Source: Epithemia pelagica
Taxonomy: Eukaryota > Protista > Bacillariophyta
Assembly (NCBI GenBank): GCA_946965045.2
Contig: OX337234.1
Span: 2,170,001 to 2,234,000, forward strand
Direction: 5' to 3'
DNA: 64,000 bases
Shown one piece after another: positions 10,886 through 23,400 of the stretch. Position 1 is the first letter of the stretch; every line of letters starts with the position of its first letter. The translations under genes and the position numbers were made by a program. Below the pieces are notes generated by a model, which ran no database searches, was not told the DNA's origin, and saw only the letters and a program-made list of their open reading frames with translations.

Positions 10886-12254
10886 TCATCCCTTTGCATC
10901 CAGCGCCAAACGCAATGGTTCCTCGGGCCATCCTAAAGACTTGGCATTGGAAACTAAATCTTGACGTTTTCTGATGCATTCAAATGCGGGCTCCAGTTCC
11001 AAGGATGGGTCCAACAGTTGTGCCTTCTCGTAGCACTCCAAGCTCTCCTCCAGTCTCCAGAGGTCCGACAAGATACTTCCGGCTCTTTCCCATGCAGGTG
11101 CATATTTGGGAAGTAACACGGTAGCCTTGAGAGCATCTTCCAAAGCCTTTAACATGGCGTGTTGGTACAATCCATGCCATAATTGAATGCGACTGAGCTG
11201 TTTCTCTTGCTGTCGAGTGTCCTGACGAATCTTTCTCAGAATGGCCGTGGTGAGACCGGGTTCATGAGCTGCTAAGGCATACATGGAACGCATGTTCGAT
11301 TTGGTGGGAACCATGGATTTGAGTTCGCTCAATATTCCGAGGAGAACATCGCGTTGGGTAGCCGCCATGGCGACATGAGCTGCCGCCCGCATAAACAAAA
11401 CGACTCCATCTTGCGACGGAACTTTGAGTTCCAGAGCTCGACTGTAGGCGTCAATGGCTAAAGCGGCTTTGTTGGCCTCCAAATATCCCGTCCCCTTGTA
11501 TTTCAATTTCAGACAATCGCACATTTGTATCGTAATGCCCTGTGTCATCATCCAAGTTGTCATCGCGCTACAATAAGAATTGTGGATAAAGGGTGCGGTC
11601 ACGCAATACATGACCTTCACGTACCTCAAGTCCCATGTGTTTGGTCAGCACTCGATAGACCTTTTCTACCGAGTTGACGTTTGAAACTTCAAATGCCACG
11701 TGCATGTCATCATTGTTGTTTTGTCCACCAACGGGAACACAGCGGATAAAAGGACCTTTCCCTTTGGTCGGCTTTGGAAAAATAGCCGCCTTGACTGAAA
11801 CGCTCTCGGAGGTTGCCAATCCCATAAAGGCGTCCAGTGTGGCCACTCCACCCCGTTCCAAAGACGCTTTGGACTGATCCACGTATACAATCCAATCCTG
11901 AAAGGTATCATAACAAGACCGAAGCTTGGTATCTTTAGTCCAAAGAGCAACCGAGGATGAGAGAGTTAAAGTCCATGAACTTACACATGTCACTGATTTC
12001 GTTCCGATCTGATGGTCGGCGACATAATCTATCGGCTCTTGCATCGGACGACCCACTGAATTTCGTGCGAGTCTCCGTCGTTGTTCGATGATACTTGCTT
12101 CCGGCAACCTCAGTTCATGGCGGTGCTTCCACAAGGCATTCTTGGTAGGGCCCGTCGTTGTATGGAAAGCCACGGTTCTTGTCCGACAGAAGCACCATGA
12201 ACAACAGACCACAACGACGAAACAACGTCCAAATAACATCATTCTCTTCGGCAT
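10886..12254 (-). CDS. TPR-containing protein with an N-terminal signal-like peptide (possibly plastid), at least 1 intron
   Basis: ORF 11568..12437 (hydrophobic, Cys-rich N-terminus) splices HMGLE|GITIQMCD into ORF 10886..11629, which has TPR-like helices (AIDAYSRALEL; PKYAPAWERAGSILSDLWRLEESLECYEKAQLLDP). Confidence 0.65.
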
Positions 12255-12815
12255 ATGCCAACGACAGGACCAAGACGTCAAAAGTGAAGATTTGTGGAAA
12301 AGTGACAGCTTGTTCGCGTGACGCGCATGATGGCCCGAAATAGTTGGTCGCTGATATGACCTTCCGCGACTGACCCTTTTGTGGATGCATGCAACGCATC
12401 TTGTTGATGACAGTTGAAGACGTTGTTCAGGGAACAATGACTTTGTTCATGGAACAATTCTCAGGATGCAGCAACAATGTCGGGCCGGTTGATGTGCGCT
12501 TGACGGAGCTCGATGAATGCGTCTGGACCTGCACATGATGTGATTTAAACCGGCCTCTTGGCTGTTGCCTCGCATCGAGGTGTCACCAGTCCAACAAACC
12601 GGCCTGTTCGACCTGTTTAAATGCTTGGATAGAGCATTCGATGGAGGAGCTCATAATTTCCCTGTGAAACAAGCATCATCTCTTGAAACGATTTATCAGA
12701 CTGAACGAAGAAAACTCATTGCCTTGGAACCAACGGTGTATCACTTTCTCGATTGAAGCCCCTCCTTAATTGAATCAACGCACTATCAGCATTCATCCAT
12801 CGGTGTTGAGTCAAG

Positions 12816-13823
12816 ATGGATTCAAAAGACGGCAAAGACAGAGTATTGAAATCGGGCCTTGCTCCTCTTCGACTTGACGGTGAACGGTCGACGTCGACTG
12901 TTTCATCCAAGGCCGCGGCAGCACTTGTGCAACTCAAGAACGCAGACATTGGCATTGAACCTCTGAAAGCTCCTCACCGACGACAATGCGATTCCAAAAC
13001 AGGTCTGCTACATGGTCGGATTCATGTTCAAAAGCAACGCAGCGGCATGCTCCGAAACAACTCTTTGCGTTTTGAATTTGTGTTGGAGCGACAGAACATT
13101 GATGGTACCAACCTCCCTCTTTTGGTGGCCTTTCATCCAACCTCATCCTCAAGTTCCGACGCCAACAAGAAAAAGATCAAATTCCCGACCCCGGCCGACT
13201 GGATGATAGAGAAGCGACATTTTGCCATTGCTTTGTACAGCAACCAAAACGAAGTGTTGGGTGAAGTTGGCGTGGCACCGTACCGAAACAGGAATGTAGT
13301 GGCCTTTGCAGTGACAGTATTGGACCAAGTGGACAGTTGTGTCTTTTACAAATGCCACAGCCTTGAAAAGATCATGAGCAAAGATGAATCATCTTTTCGT
13401 GAGGCTGAGTTTGCACGCTTCACAGAACGAGCCAAGAAAGCTGCCCGGAAATCGGGAGATGGAAAGTCGACCAAACTTGAAGACAATGAGTTTTACGGCT
13501 GCTTGCTCAATGAAAGTTGCCAACTTTTACAACCCCCGAAGCAGACCTCTGGCCCAGAGCTCAAGGTCTTTTGTGATTCCAATTATTTGAGTATCTTTTC
13601 TTCCGCACGACCCACCCTCGGAAAAGGAATGGAGGTGCCTTCGCTCAACATGAATGGCCGAGGTACCGTCACGTCCAATAAGAACATGCAGCTGGTGAGC
13701 ACAGATGGTTTAGTTTACGTTCAAGTTGCCAAGTGCGATACCAATACTTATCACGTGGATTTCCGAGCACCATTCAACCCGCTTCAGGCCTTTGCCTTTG
13801 GTATTGCACAGATTGTCCTTTGA
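12816..13823 (+). CDS. Tubby C-terminal domain protein
   Basis: GRGTVTSNKNMQL, VQVAKCDTNTYHVDFRAPFNPLQAFAFGIAQ resembles the Tub-domain C-terminus. Confidence 0.8.
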   Translation: MDSKDGKDRVLKSGLAPLRLDGERSTSTVSSKAAAALVQLKNADIGIEPLKAPHRRQCDSKTGLLHGRIHVQKQRSGMLRNNSLRFEFVLERQNIDGTNLPLLVAFHPTSSSSSDANKKKIKFPTPADWMIEKRHFAIALYSNQNEVLGEVGVAPYRNRNVVAFAVTVLDQVDSCVFYKCHSLEKIMSKDESSFREAEFARFTERAKKAARKSGDGKSTKLEDNEFYGCLLNESCQLLQPPKQTSGPELKVFCDSNYLSIFSSARPTLGKGMEVPSLNMNGRGTVTSNKNMQLVSTDGLVYVQVAKCDTNTYHVDFRAPFNPLQAFAFGIAQIVL

Positions 13824-14550
13824 TTGACGAATGTCATTCGTATGTTTTAGTCACATTTGCCTGATGAACTTGGTCGTACAAGTTTTTGCTAGCATAATTC
13901 CAAAAGATCATATAGTTTGTTGATAGCTAAGATATGGGCTTGCCATCTCTTCTATTCTGGATAGATTTGTTTGCTACCAGGATGACAAGTGTTAGTCAAA
14001 CAGGTTAACTTCTCTCAGTCTGGTCGACGAGGAGTTGTGATTTTGAAACTGTCCGTTGATGCACGGATGTAAGTATTGTCAGATCGCAATCCACAGCAAT
14101 GATCTACGGTCCTCAGGCAGAGAAGTCCTTCCGGTACTATATGTCTGACCTATAGCCTTGTCACTTGTCATTCCACTCCAATTTTCAATTTGGAAGCCAG
14201 GCTGAAATATACCGTCCCATGACCTTTTCCGACTACATAGCAGTCTTAGGAAGCTAGCTAGGAGCGCTATGTAATGGGTGTCACAGTATTGTTGGTTCTA
14301 CTTTCTTTAGGCAATAAAAAGCAAACTTGATTGACTATTCTTTACCTCACAACGGACAGAGTTTGATAAACTGAACTTGAAAACAACAACAGAACTCGAA
14401 GAAGTAGGTTTGTGTACAGGCCGTGAGCTGTGCCGATCTTTCTTGAAACTGAAGGGGAACGTTCCCGTTTCTTCAAAATTGTGGAATAGAAGGTGATGAA
14501 GTAGTCACATATACCTCCTTTTCACGGGATTGGTGGCGTCTGCGTTCACT

Positions 14551-15573
14551 TCATATGGTGGGGTAATGGAAGTTGGGGGGCCAGAGGGGGATTGGGCAGA
14601 GCTCGTCCTCGTCGCCGTTGCGATGGTCGTCATGTGTATCACGGCAGTAGTGGTCGCGTCCCCCGAACTGATCAGAAAGGTACCCGTCTTCTTTTTTCTC
14701 ATCTCGTTGCTGGAAGTCAACCGATACCCCAGTGGCTCCGTGGTGCTCTTCAGCTTCCCCTTTGACTTGTTCCCATCCAGTGCGAATGCCTTCTGTCACC
14801 TTGTCATCAGCAGCATAGTTATGAATGGGACCGCCCAAATGATCACGATTCCCGTCAAGAAACGCATCGTACCATTGTGTATGATGAGTGATATCATGTT
14901 CATTGAGGTCGTCCTTGTGCTGATGAGATGTCTGCTCTGCAGTATTCTCTGTGTCCTCCTCGTCGTCGTCGCCCCAGTCATAAATGCTACTGGAGCTGCT
15001 TCCAACCGTATTCTCCGTTTCATGAGCATGAAAGTCGACTTGCTTATCTTTTCTGTTCTTTCGGGTGCTGCTGGTGTTCTTTTCACGTAGCTCATGCTTC
15101 AGGTAGTCGAGAATATAGCCCTCACCGACTTCAACGCATACTCCTTTTGGATAGCTCCTTAGTTGTTCCACACTTGTGTGCTTGTCCAGGATAGACTCTC
15201 TTCGAACCACTCCAAGGTGACGAGTCTTGAGCGTTCCTGTCTTCTCCTGAACGTCATCTTTTTCAATGTATTCTAGGAGCTTATCAAGAGGGAAGACGAA
15301 CTTGACGTGCTTGAACTCATTCCGTAGCATGCGGCGAGCAAAGTCATCGCGTCGAAATCGGTCGACTTTCCTGTACGCGGGTCGTCGTGCTTTTATCAAA
15401 GCTTTCTTTTCGGCATTACCGATCTTTGTGTTTCCATAGCCACCTCTTCCAATCCAAAAAAATGATTCATCTGGGAGAACCTCGTCCTTCAAATAGAACT
15501 TGCGAGAAGGAACAGATTTGGATGGGGCATTCTGTTCATCCGCTCTGATGGTGTTGTGAGTTTTGGAAGCCAT
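14551..15573 (-). CDS. Hypothetical protein with a DUF6824-like N-terminal domain
   Basis: IGRGGYGNTKIGN...LIKARRPAYRKVDRFRRDDFARRML resembles the diatom-expanded GRG..N...GN..R..Y motif. Acidic C-terminal half. Confidence 0.6.
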   Translation of the reverse strand: MASKTHNTIRADEQNAPSKSVPSRKFYLKDEVLPDESFFWIGRGGYGNTKIGNAEKKALIKARRPAYRKVDRFRRDDFARRMLRNEFKHVKFVFPLDKLLEYIEKDDVQEKTGTLKTRHLGVVRRESILDKHTSVEQLRSYPKGVCVEVGEGYILDYLKHELREKNTSSTRKNRKDKQVDFHAHETENTVGSSSSSIYDWGDDDEEDTENTAEQTSHQHKDDLNEHDITHHTQWYDAFLDGNRDHLGGPIHNYAADDKVTEGIRTGWEQVKGEAEEHHGATGVSVDFQQRDEKKEDGYLSDQFGGRDHYCRDTHDDHRNGDEDELCPIPLWPPNFHYPTI

Positions 15574-16285
15574 CAGTATTCAGTTTTCTCTTCTTGCAAG
15601 TGTCTATGAGTGATCCCGAGGAAACGGTTTTCCAAAGGTGGTGAGTTTATCAGAGAGATCAACCAAGTACAAGAAATGGGAACATGATTTTGAAACTCCC
15701 TCAGATCAAAAACAACAAGAGGAACAAGACCAAAACACGTGCACTTCGTTAACAATGTTTTCTCTTACACCCTTTGAGTTTTCGAACGGTATCTTCTCTA
15801 TTGATGTTTCGACGGAAGTGTGTCCATGTGTATCCCCTTGGCCTTCGCTCTTCGCGCACGCCCCGCGGTCCGCGGTCCGCCTGATGTGGCGCCATCTCCA
15901 TTCGCGATCGCATTTAGCCTAGGTAGGAGTAATACTTAGAGACTCCGCAAACTAAGTAGTCTATAACCTATCTATGAGATTCACACGTCGCAACAACAGT
16001 CTGAATGCAACATAGGAGTAGGAGTACAACTCAACACTCAACAGAAAACTTCCTAAGGAATTAGCAAATCGCGCTCCAAGCTCCAAAGTGCTGCCCAACC
16101 AAGACAGGAGACTACCAAGGATCTTTTACTCTTCTACTCAATACAAATAGTAAAACAAACGAGACGGAAAAGCACATAACCACAATAATATCAAACCAGC
16201 AGTCATCACGACAGGACCAGAAGCTGTGGTTGCCCATAATGTGTGCTTTAGAAGATCCTTAGGAAACTCCATATAGGACTTTATA

Positions 16286-19200
16286 GGGGGAAGTCGCAGA
16301 AGAGGAGGGGAAAGAAAGGAAGAGAAAAAAGAAGAAGAAGAAGGAAAAAAGAAAAAAGAGGAAGAATTAGTTGTAAGATTCCCTTTGCTACGAACGTGCG
16401 ATTGCCACCATCATATTATGATCTCATTGGTTGATCCATTTGTCACTGCTTCTGGTCTGTGTGGGATGTGTGGTGACTACGTGTTGCTCCAATGTCCCGG
16501 TGGAGGGGGATTTGGCAGTTCCCTACGGTCGTTCTACGTATCTGGCTACGGTAAGTGCTGACACCGTGTGTCTTTTACCTATACAAAACATCATCAGCCT
16601 CACATATGCCTTTGATCTCTGATTGTATTGCTTGTGCGAAGATATTGGCATACATTGTTTCCAGTATATCGCGCAATCATAGCTACGGCATGGACGAGAA
16701 GTTTTGCACAGTTTTTGTTAGTTCATTATTTTCTGATCGATGGTTTTCTCACTACTGTTGTTGTTGTCGTCGTTGTTTTTGTTATATCTCTTTAATCTTT
16801 GTCTTAAAGTGTCTGGCCTCCATGGTAAGTCGCGACTGTTGGCTGTTGATGCTGTGTTGATTTTTGCTGCTCTCTAACCGATGTTGTTGTTGTGTTTTAA
16901 GGGTACGATGCATTACTGGGATGGTTGGAACAAGATTTGTCATGGGGTGGGATACCCCGACGATTGGGCCTCTGCCAATACTGAATATTGCAGATGCAAC
17001 AATTTTGAGTCGGTTGTGGATGTGTTGGTTGTTGATGGACCGGTTGGCAACCAAGGTACGACGAGTAATACGCCGCTTGCTGCAGCAGCTGTTGCTGAAA
17101 GTGATGAACACTAGCAAGCGGCGTATTTGGCGGAAGCAATGGTGGAAGTGATGGCATTTGTGGTTGTGGCATGGTGATTGGTCTGGGGGCCGGTTGTATT
17201 GCTGTTCTTGGTGGCGATTTGGGAGCAGGTTGCTGTTGTGTTTGTGGTGGTGGTCGTTGTGGTCGTGTTGGAGAAGACTGTTGCACTGTTGGAGCTGGTG
17301 GTGGCGGCAGCTCTTCCTCCTCATCACTCAACATTGGATCATCGTCATCTTCTTGGTTTGCTTCGTCTTGGTGCTCTTCTTTTTCCTCAACTTGTTGCTC
17401 TTTTTCATTTTCTCGTGATTGTTCTGTATCTTGTTGTTCCAGTGTCTCGCTTGTTTGCATTGTTTCTTCATCTTGCATATTGCGCTGAGCCTCACATTTC
17501 TCACAGGGACAGAAGTCATGCTGTTGGACCAAGATGTTCCAGACCTCGTTGAGTTGCTCATAAACTTGCAAGTACTCAGAAAAAAAGCGTTCGCCATTGT
17601 CTTGCGGTAAGTGCTCGACGTCATCAAACAACTTGGATGCGCCGCATCGAACGGCCAACTTGTTGATAAAGGCAAGTTGCTGGTGGTTCCAATGACTCAC
17701 CACTGTTTCCCACGCCGCAGGCATTTTCTTGTTGCGTTGTTCCGTTGTCTTCGACACAAAGCGCAGCTTGTGTCGAATCTGACGGTTGTACCGCGCCGTT
17801 CCGCACAAGTTCAAGTCGTCCGAGAGTTTTTCATTTGTGCCCCCATTACTGAAATGGGCCAAGTTGTTGTGCCATGACTCCAATTTGGATTCCCCTCGGT
17901 AAGAGACCCATTCGGACAATTGATGGCTTGATTTCGGGTGTGGTTTGATCTCACGATACATGTCTTCGATTGGAATCGGATCTGCGAGAAACTTTTTTAC
18001 AGTTTTCGATTGCTGAGTGTGTATCTTGTGTGAACAATGGTTGTTGTGTCTTGTGATCGAGCCTTCCTCGTGCCGGTGGCCCACTGTCACTACTACTTCT
18101 CACTTTATATTTTATCTTCCACTCCTCCAGGCGCATCACGATTGTTTGGAACGCGCGGATGATTTTCCGTAAGTACTTGCCGTATCTTTCGCGAAAAACC
18201 TTGGTCTGTCTCATTTCTGCTATTTGCTTGTCATTACATTTCTTGCCTCCAAGGGTGCCATTCTTCAGGGCCGTGATGACTTTATGGAAGTCACCATCGT
18301 GATACTCGTAGATGCAATCCAACAATTCGCGCAACGCGTCACCAAAGTCCATGTGTTTATGGCGCAGGGTCTTTATAATTTGCTGGAGGAAATGAAAGAG
18401 TCCCAGTCTTGGGACTACATCTTCACCCAACAATCCAACCCAATAATTGCTCTTGTGGGGGAATGTGTCGGAATAGATGACGCTCGGGTTAAAATTTCCA
18501 CGGCTGCAGAGTTGTTGGGCAGCATGGGAGAAGGTCTTGGTTTCCAAGTTTGGAACCAAGATTGCACATGCAATCTCGCCTACTTCATTGGCAGCATCCC
18601 ATACAGCTTCTGCCTTGAGCCTCTTGGGATAGTTCTTGACTGCTTGGAAGGTGTGGTCTTGGGCAAAACTTGTTTGGCAGCCCACGGCTTGGATTTCCCC
18701 GGTGTGCCTCTCATAGTCACTTGTTCTCCAGGGATTGAGTCTTGATCTTGATGCCTCGTGGTAGGCCTGTCTGATTGTCTCACCAAGAGGAGGATACCTG
18801 GTGAGCCACTCTCCATCTTTCGCTGGATACTCTTGCCCTTGCTGATGTGTTGCATCGCAGAAGGAGTAATAGTTAGTTGTTCTATTCCTATAATCCCTGT
18901 TGATTGCAGCATACAATAGTCCACTACAGTGGTCACCATTGCCATAGGTAAGCATCTCCTCCTCCAACACTGTTGTTGTTGTAATGTCGAAGTGCTGGGC
19001 ACCTCGAGCCCACTTTGCTTCGACTGGATACCATTTCGCAAAATGTGGAGGCAACGAATTGAGAAGTGCTCCGTCGTTGCCGGCATGCGTGGTATTGCAC
19101 TCCTTGCAATGGTAGTGCGTGACAAGGGCGTAAGACGGTGCGCCATCAAGACCAAAAATGGGGAATAGACTTTTGCTCTTGGAAAGGTTGGTCCGCTCGC

Positions 19201-20429
19201 GTTGTAGTGTACAGTTGTTACACTTTGGACACTTAAGCCCAATTTTCTGAAACTCCACCGGCATAAACAGCTCCCAGTCAACAATGTACAAACGTCGCCC
19301 TACAATTGAGTCCCACAGGGCATTATTGTTGTTTCGCACGTCGGGTACAGTCAAACACATGTCGCGCATGAACGGCTTAAGTGACCGCACGTCGCGCTTC
19401 CGTTCCAAACAAGTTTCGGCGATAGTCTTGGCAAGCGCGTACATTGTTTTCGGACACGTGATCGACTCGTCTTGCTCTATCTCCTTGTATTTAGCCAGTA
19501 CCGATTGCATAAATACATACTCATCCGACCCAACGGCGGACATCACCTGATTATTGATCAGGCAGTCCGTGCGCGCAATACAGTTGCGCTTCCCCTTTCG
19601 AACCCTGGAAAGTTTCAAATCGTCCTCTGTCACGGTCGTTGCTTCATTTGAAGCTTCCGAGACAGGTTTATTGTTGAGACAAAAGAAGAGGTTGAAATCT
19701 TCTTGCCTCATGATGATTGGATGGTAAGTCACTTCCTTGTTGGCCTCTTTCTTCAGTCGTTCCTCCTCCTTCATGGCCTCTACCAAGTGGTCTGGTATGC
19801 CCCTGGTCTTTGTGTTCTTCGGGCAGAAGACGTGATGGGGGCGCTTGGGAGGCTTGGTCCCAAGCCTTTTGGAACTGCAGATGGTGCAGTCCCTGTCTGG
19901 CTCAAAGGCCTTTTTCTTCTCAAGCGTGAGCTGCCTCAACTGCTTTGCCTCTTGTTGCTTCCTCTTCTTGTTGCTTCTCTGTTGTGCTAACGACTTTGCC
20001 CTTTTTGTTTGGTTGTTTCGTCGTTGACTCTGCCCACCCATCTCTTGCTCCTTGCTGAGCTTTTTGTATGGGTTCACCACCAAGGGTGCTGGTGGTGGAG
20101 GAGGAGAGTCATTCTCCTCAGGGACAGTCATCGTGGTTGGGTCCATTGTCGCTCCAGAAACATCGACACCATTGTCCATGTCCTGGGGCACGGCAACCGC
20201 GACCGGCCTCATTGGCACGGAATCGTGTTGGAGACGAAATCCCTGTCGTTTCGGCTGTTTTCGTGGGGAAGTCGGCAAGATTCCGTGGCTTTTTGCGCGT
20301 GGCGCGCGATGTCTACTGGTAAGAGAAGACATGTCTTGTGTGAGTTTTCGTTAAGTATTTTGATGTCTTGTCTATGTCTTGTGAGTTTTCTAACCCAATC
20401 ATATTTCTGCCTTCTATTTCGTGAGCCCC
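16286..20429 (-). mobile_element. Putative DNA transposon copy 1 (large Cys/His-rich DDE-like transposase); ends tentative
   Basis: Bounded by TA|GGGGG (16284-16290) and CCCC|TA (20426-20431). Terminal regions share motifs with copy 2. Confidence 0.5.
16897..20332 (-). pseudogene. Large DDE-like transposase (Mutator-like/DUF6729-associated type), frameshifted near 17995
   Basis: ORFs 17951..20332 and 16897..18090 together are colinear with ORF 21075..24809. Motifs: CTIC...HHVFC, CPKC...CKEC, FAQDHTF, IYSDTFP, LGLFHFLQ, RGESKLESWH, ARYNR. Confidence 0.72.
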
Positions 20430-20441
20430 TATTGCGAAAAT

Positions 20442-23400
20442 GGGGGGGGCCAAGGCAGAAGAGAGAAGGGAAAAAGGGGAGGGAAAAAAAGAGAGGAAGA
20501 AAAAAGGAAGAGATTCCCAACGTTCAAAATGGTAAGATTCCGTCGTTTTCTGCATCCTAGTCGGTTTCACTCTCATTGGCTGAATTACCATGTCTTGTCT
20601 AACCCTTGCATCTGGTTTAACTCTCTGTCATGAGGGGCGAAGGCACCTCCCCTTCAATCACCATAAATGATTTTGGTCTTAGTTCAGAAATTTCTGTGCT
20701 TACATCAGTGGTCAACGCTCGACGAACGTACAAGACGTCTGTCCATGGTAAGCTTCATGTGTGCTCTGTACGTCGATCGTTGACACAAAAATCTACCGAA
20801 AGATCGCTCTCATAATTTTTGAACAGGCATGTTTCTAACTCATTCTTCATCTTATGTTTTAGTTCTTCTTATTTCAGGTATACGGGTCGTCTCATCCTAA
20901 TGGTTTTGTGTCTTTTTCTTCTTTGTGGTGTGGTGCATGGGTTTGGTGTGATGGATTTCTTGGTTTTCCTTTTTGTGCTTGAGCCACATCCGCCATGATA
21001 TTTCGGTGATGTGGCTGGATCCTCCTTCCTGCCAGCAACGGCAAAATGGACAAGCCATTGCCATGGACAATCCATCAAGGCTTCTTGGTATTTTTGTTGG
21101 GGCAGTCTTTGTTGTGATGAGGTCTCCCACGCTTTCCATTCTCGAAGTATTCAAAATACTTCGGACAACAGAATTGCCGTTGGTTTCGTGGGGTTGGCCG
21201 CATCCAAGTTGTGGTCGCGGCATGGTGCTGCTGTTGAACTAAATTTGGCATCAGCAACGATAGAGCCAAAAGTGTTTGAGCCAATGGCCCACTTGCTTGG
21301 CTTGTTGTCATTGTTGTAAGTTCTTGTTGTGCATGTGTTGTGTTTGTGGTTGTGATTCTTGCTGGTGTGCTGGTGATTCTGTCGTTCTTGTTGACTGTTC
21401 CAAAACCAGAGCTGAATCGTGCACTATTTAGTTGTTGCATAATCTCACGCCTATGTTGTGCTCTTTCTTGTTCTTGTTGATTCTCTTCTCTCATTTGCTT
21501 CTTTGTTTGACTGGTGCTACTTTCTTGGTGACGTGCTTCCCCAGCCTGTTCTTGTTGTTGTGCTTGTGGAACCAGCGGCCGAGTCTCACTTGGTTCTTGC
21601 TCACCCACATTCTTGATGTAAGTACTCTCCTCCTGTTGAGGCTCACTGTCACCAGATTCCATTGTTGTTATCGTCTCCTTCTCACTGGCATTTTGGTTTT
21701 TCTGTACATGCTGCTCTTTTTCGGATTCGACTGCTGTTGGATTTCCCACAATCGGAACACACAACAACCCCTCACTCTGATTGTTTGGACTGCTTTTGGG
21801 GGAATTGCCGTCCTCACTCTCATTTTTCTCATTCTCCTCTCTCTTGTCATGCTCATTGTCTCGGTTTGTTTCATCACTGTTATTTGATGGTGTCCTCTTT
21901 CGGTACGGGTTAACAATCATCCCCTGTACTGTTTGGACTGGTGGTAGTGTTGAAAGAGTAGGTGCTGGTGGTGGGTGAAAGGACTTGTCATGGGGAAGGC
22001 GCACAACAGACTTGGCACACAAGCAACACTGACAGCGGTCATTGAGTGGATGCTTCGGAATCTCCAATTTCCGTCTGCTCTGTTGTGCCAAGTATTCCGA
22101 AAAAAAGCGTTCACCAGTGTCTTCTGGTAAGTTTTCAACCCATTGAAATTGTTGTTGCGATCCAGAACTCACAGCCATTTCATTGATGAATCGCAGTTCA
22201 GTGTGGTTCCAATAAGGAACCACACATTCCCATCCGGCTGGAACAAGAGATCGCTCATCAAGAGTCATTGCAAGCAATCGATGCTTGAATCGAATGGTAA
22301 GATTGTAATGCGCTGTTCCCTGTAGGTTAAGATTGTCTGCAAGGCTCTCACGCATTCCACAATTTGCAAAGTTTGCCAGGTTGTCGTGGAAGCTCTCCAA
22401 CTTGGATTCCCCTCTGACTGCAATGTATTCAGGTAAGGAGTGGCGTGAATTCTTGTTGGCTGCAACTGTCAAATACATGTCTTCAAGTGGTAGTGGATCT
22501 GACAAATACACTGCCTTTTGTTTGCAATTTTCTATCGCGAGATGAGTATCCTCCGTAAATAGAGGTTGATTTGTCCGCGGATCTCGTCGACCTCTTGCTG
22601 ATGGCTTGCCTGGTGTGGCAGTGACCTTATAGGTCACTTTGAATTCTTCCAGCTTCGCAATGATGACTTCTTTCGAGCGGATCATTTTTCGTATGTACTT
22701 TTCATACCTTCGTCCAAACTCTGGAGTGTCGAGCAGATCCTGTATCTCACCCTCAGTGTATTGTTTCTTGCTACTTGACATTTTTCCTTCTTTCAGCGCT
22801 TGAAGGACATTATTCATATCCTCATCATTATACTCATACAGGGCCATTTTGAAATCACGGAGTGCTCGCCCATAATCAATGTGTCTTGGTCGCAGAGTCT
22901 TCACAATTCTCTGCAGGAAATGAAACAGGCCGAGGCAACCCTTCACCTCGTCACCCCAAATCAAGACCCAGAAGTCAATGGAAGAAGGCCATGTATCAGT
23001 ATACATGGCCTTCGGACAAAACCATGGCCGACGAGCAAGCTGTTCGACAGCATGGCTCACCTCCTGGATTTTGGTATTTTCAACGAGAATAGCACAGGCA
23101 ATCTCACCTTTTTTGTTGGCTACGTCAAACAGGGCCTTTGCCTTACAGGCTGAGGGATAGTTTTTCACTGTCTGGTGAGTATGATCATTTGCAAATGTTC
23201 GTTTGCATCTCACCATTTGCATTTCTCTCGTGTGTCTATCATGATCCGACAGACCCCACCAATTCCAATTGGAACTAGCCGCATCGTCATACAGCTGACG
23301 GATGGTGTCACCTTGTGGAGGGAAGTTGACCAGCCACTCGCCATCCTTTTTGGGATAGTCCTCACTTTTTTGGCCAGTGGATGCACAGAATGAATAGTAC

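Noticed and set aside
14530-15090. Hydrophobic 186-aa plus-strand ORF
   Set aside because: Antisense shadow of the acidic and basic region of the minus-strand ORF.
17990-18000. Programmed -1 frameshift at AAAAAAG
   Set aside because: The downstream frame is +1 relative to the upstream ORF, and the paralog is uninterrupted with about 3 more residues.
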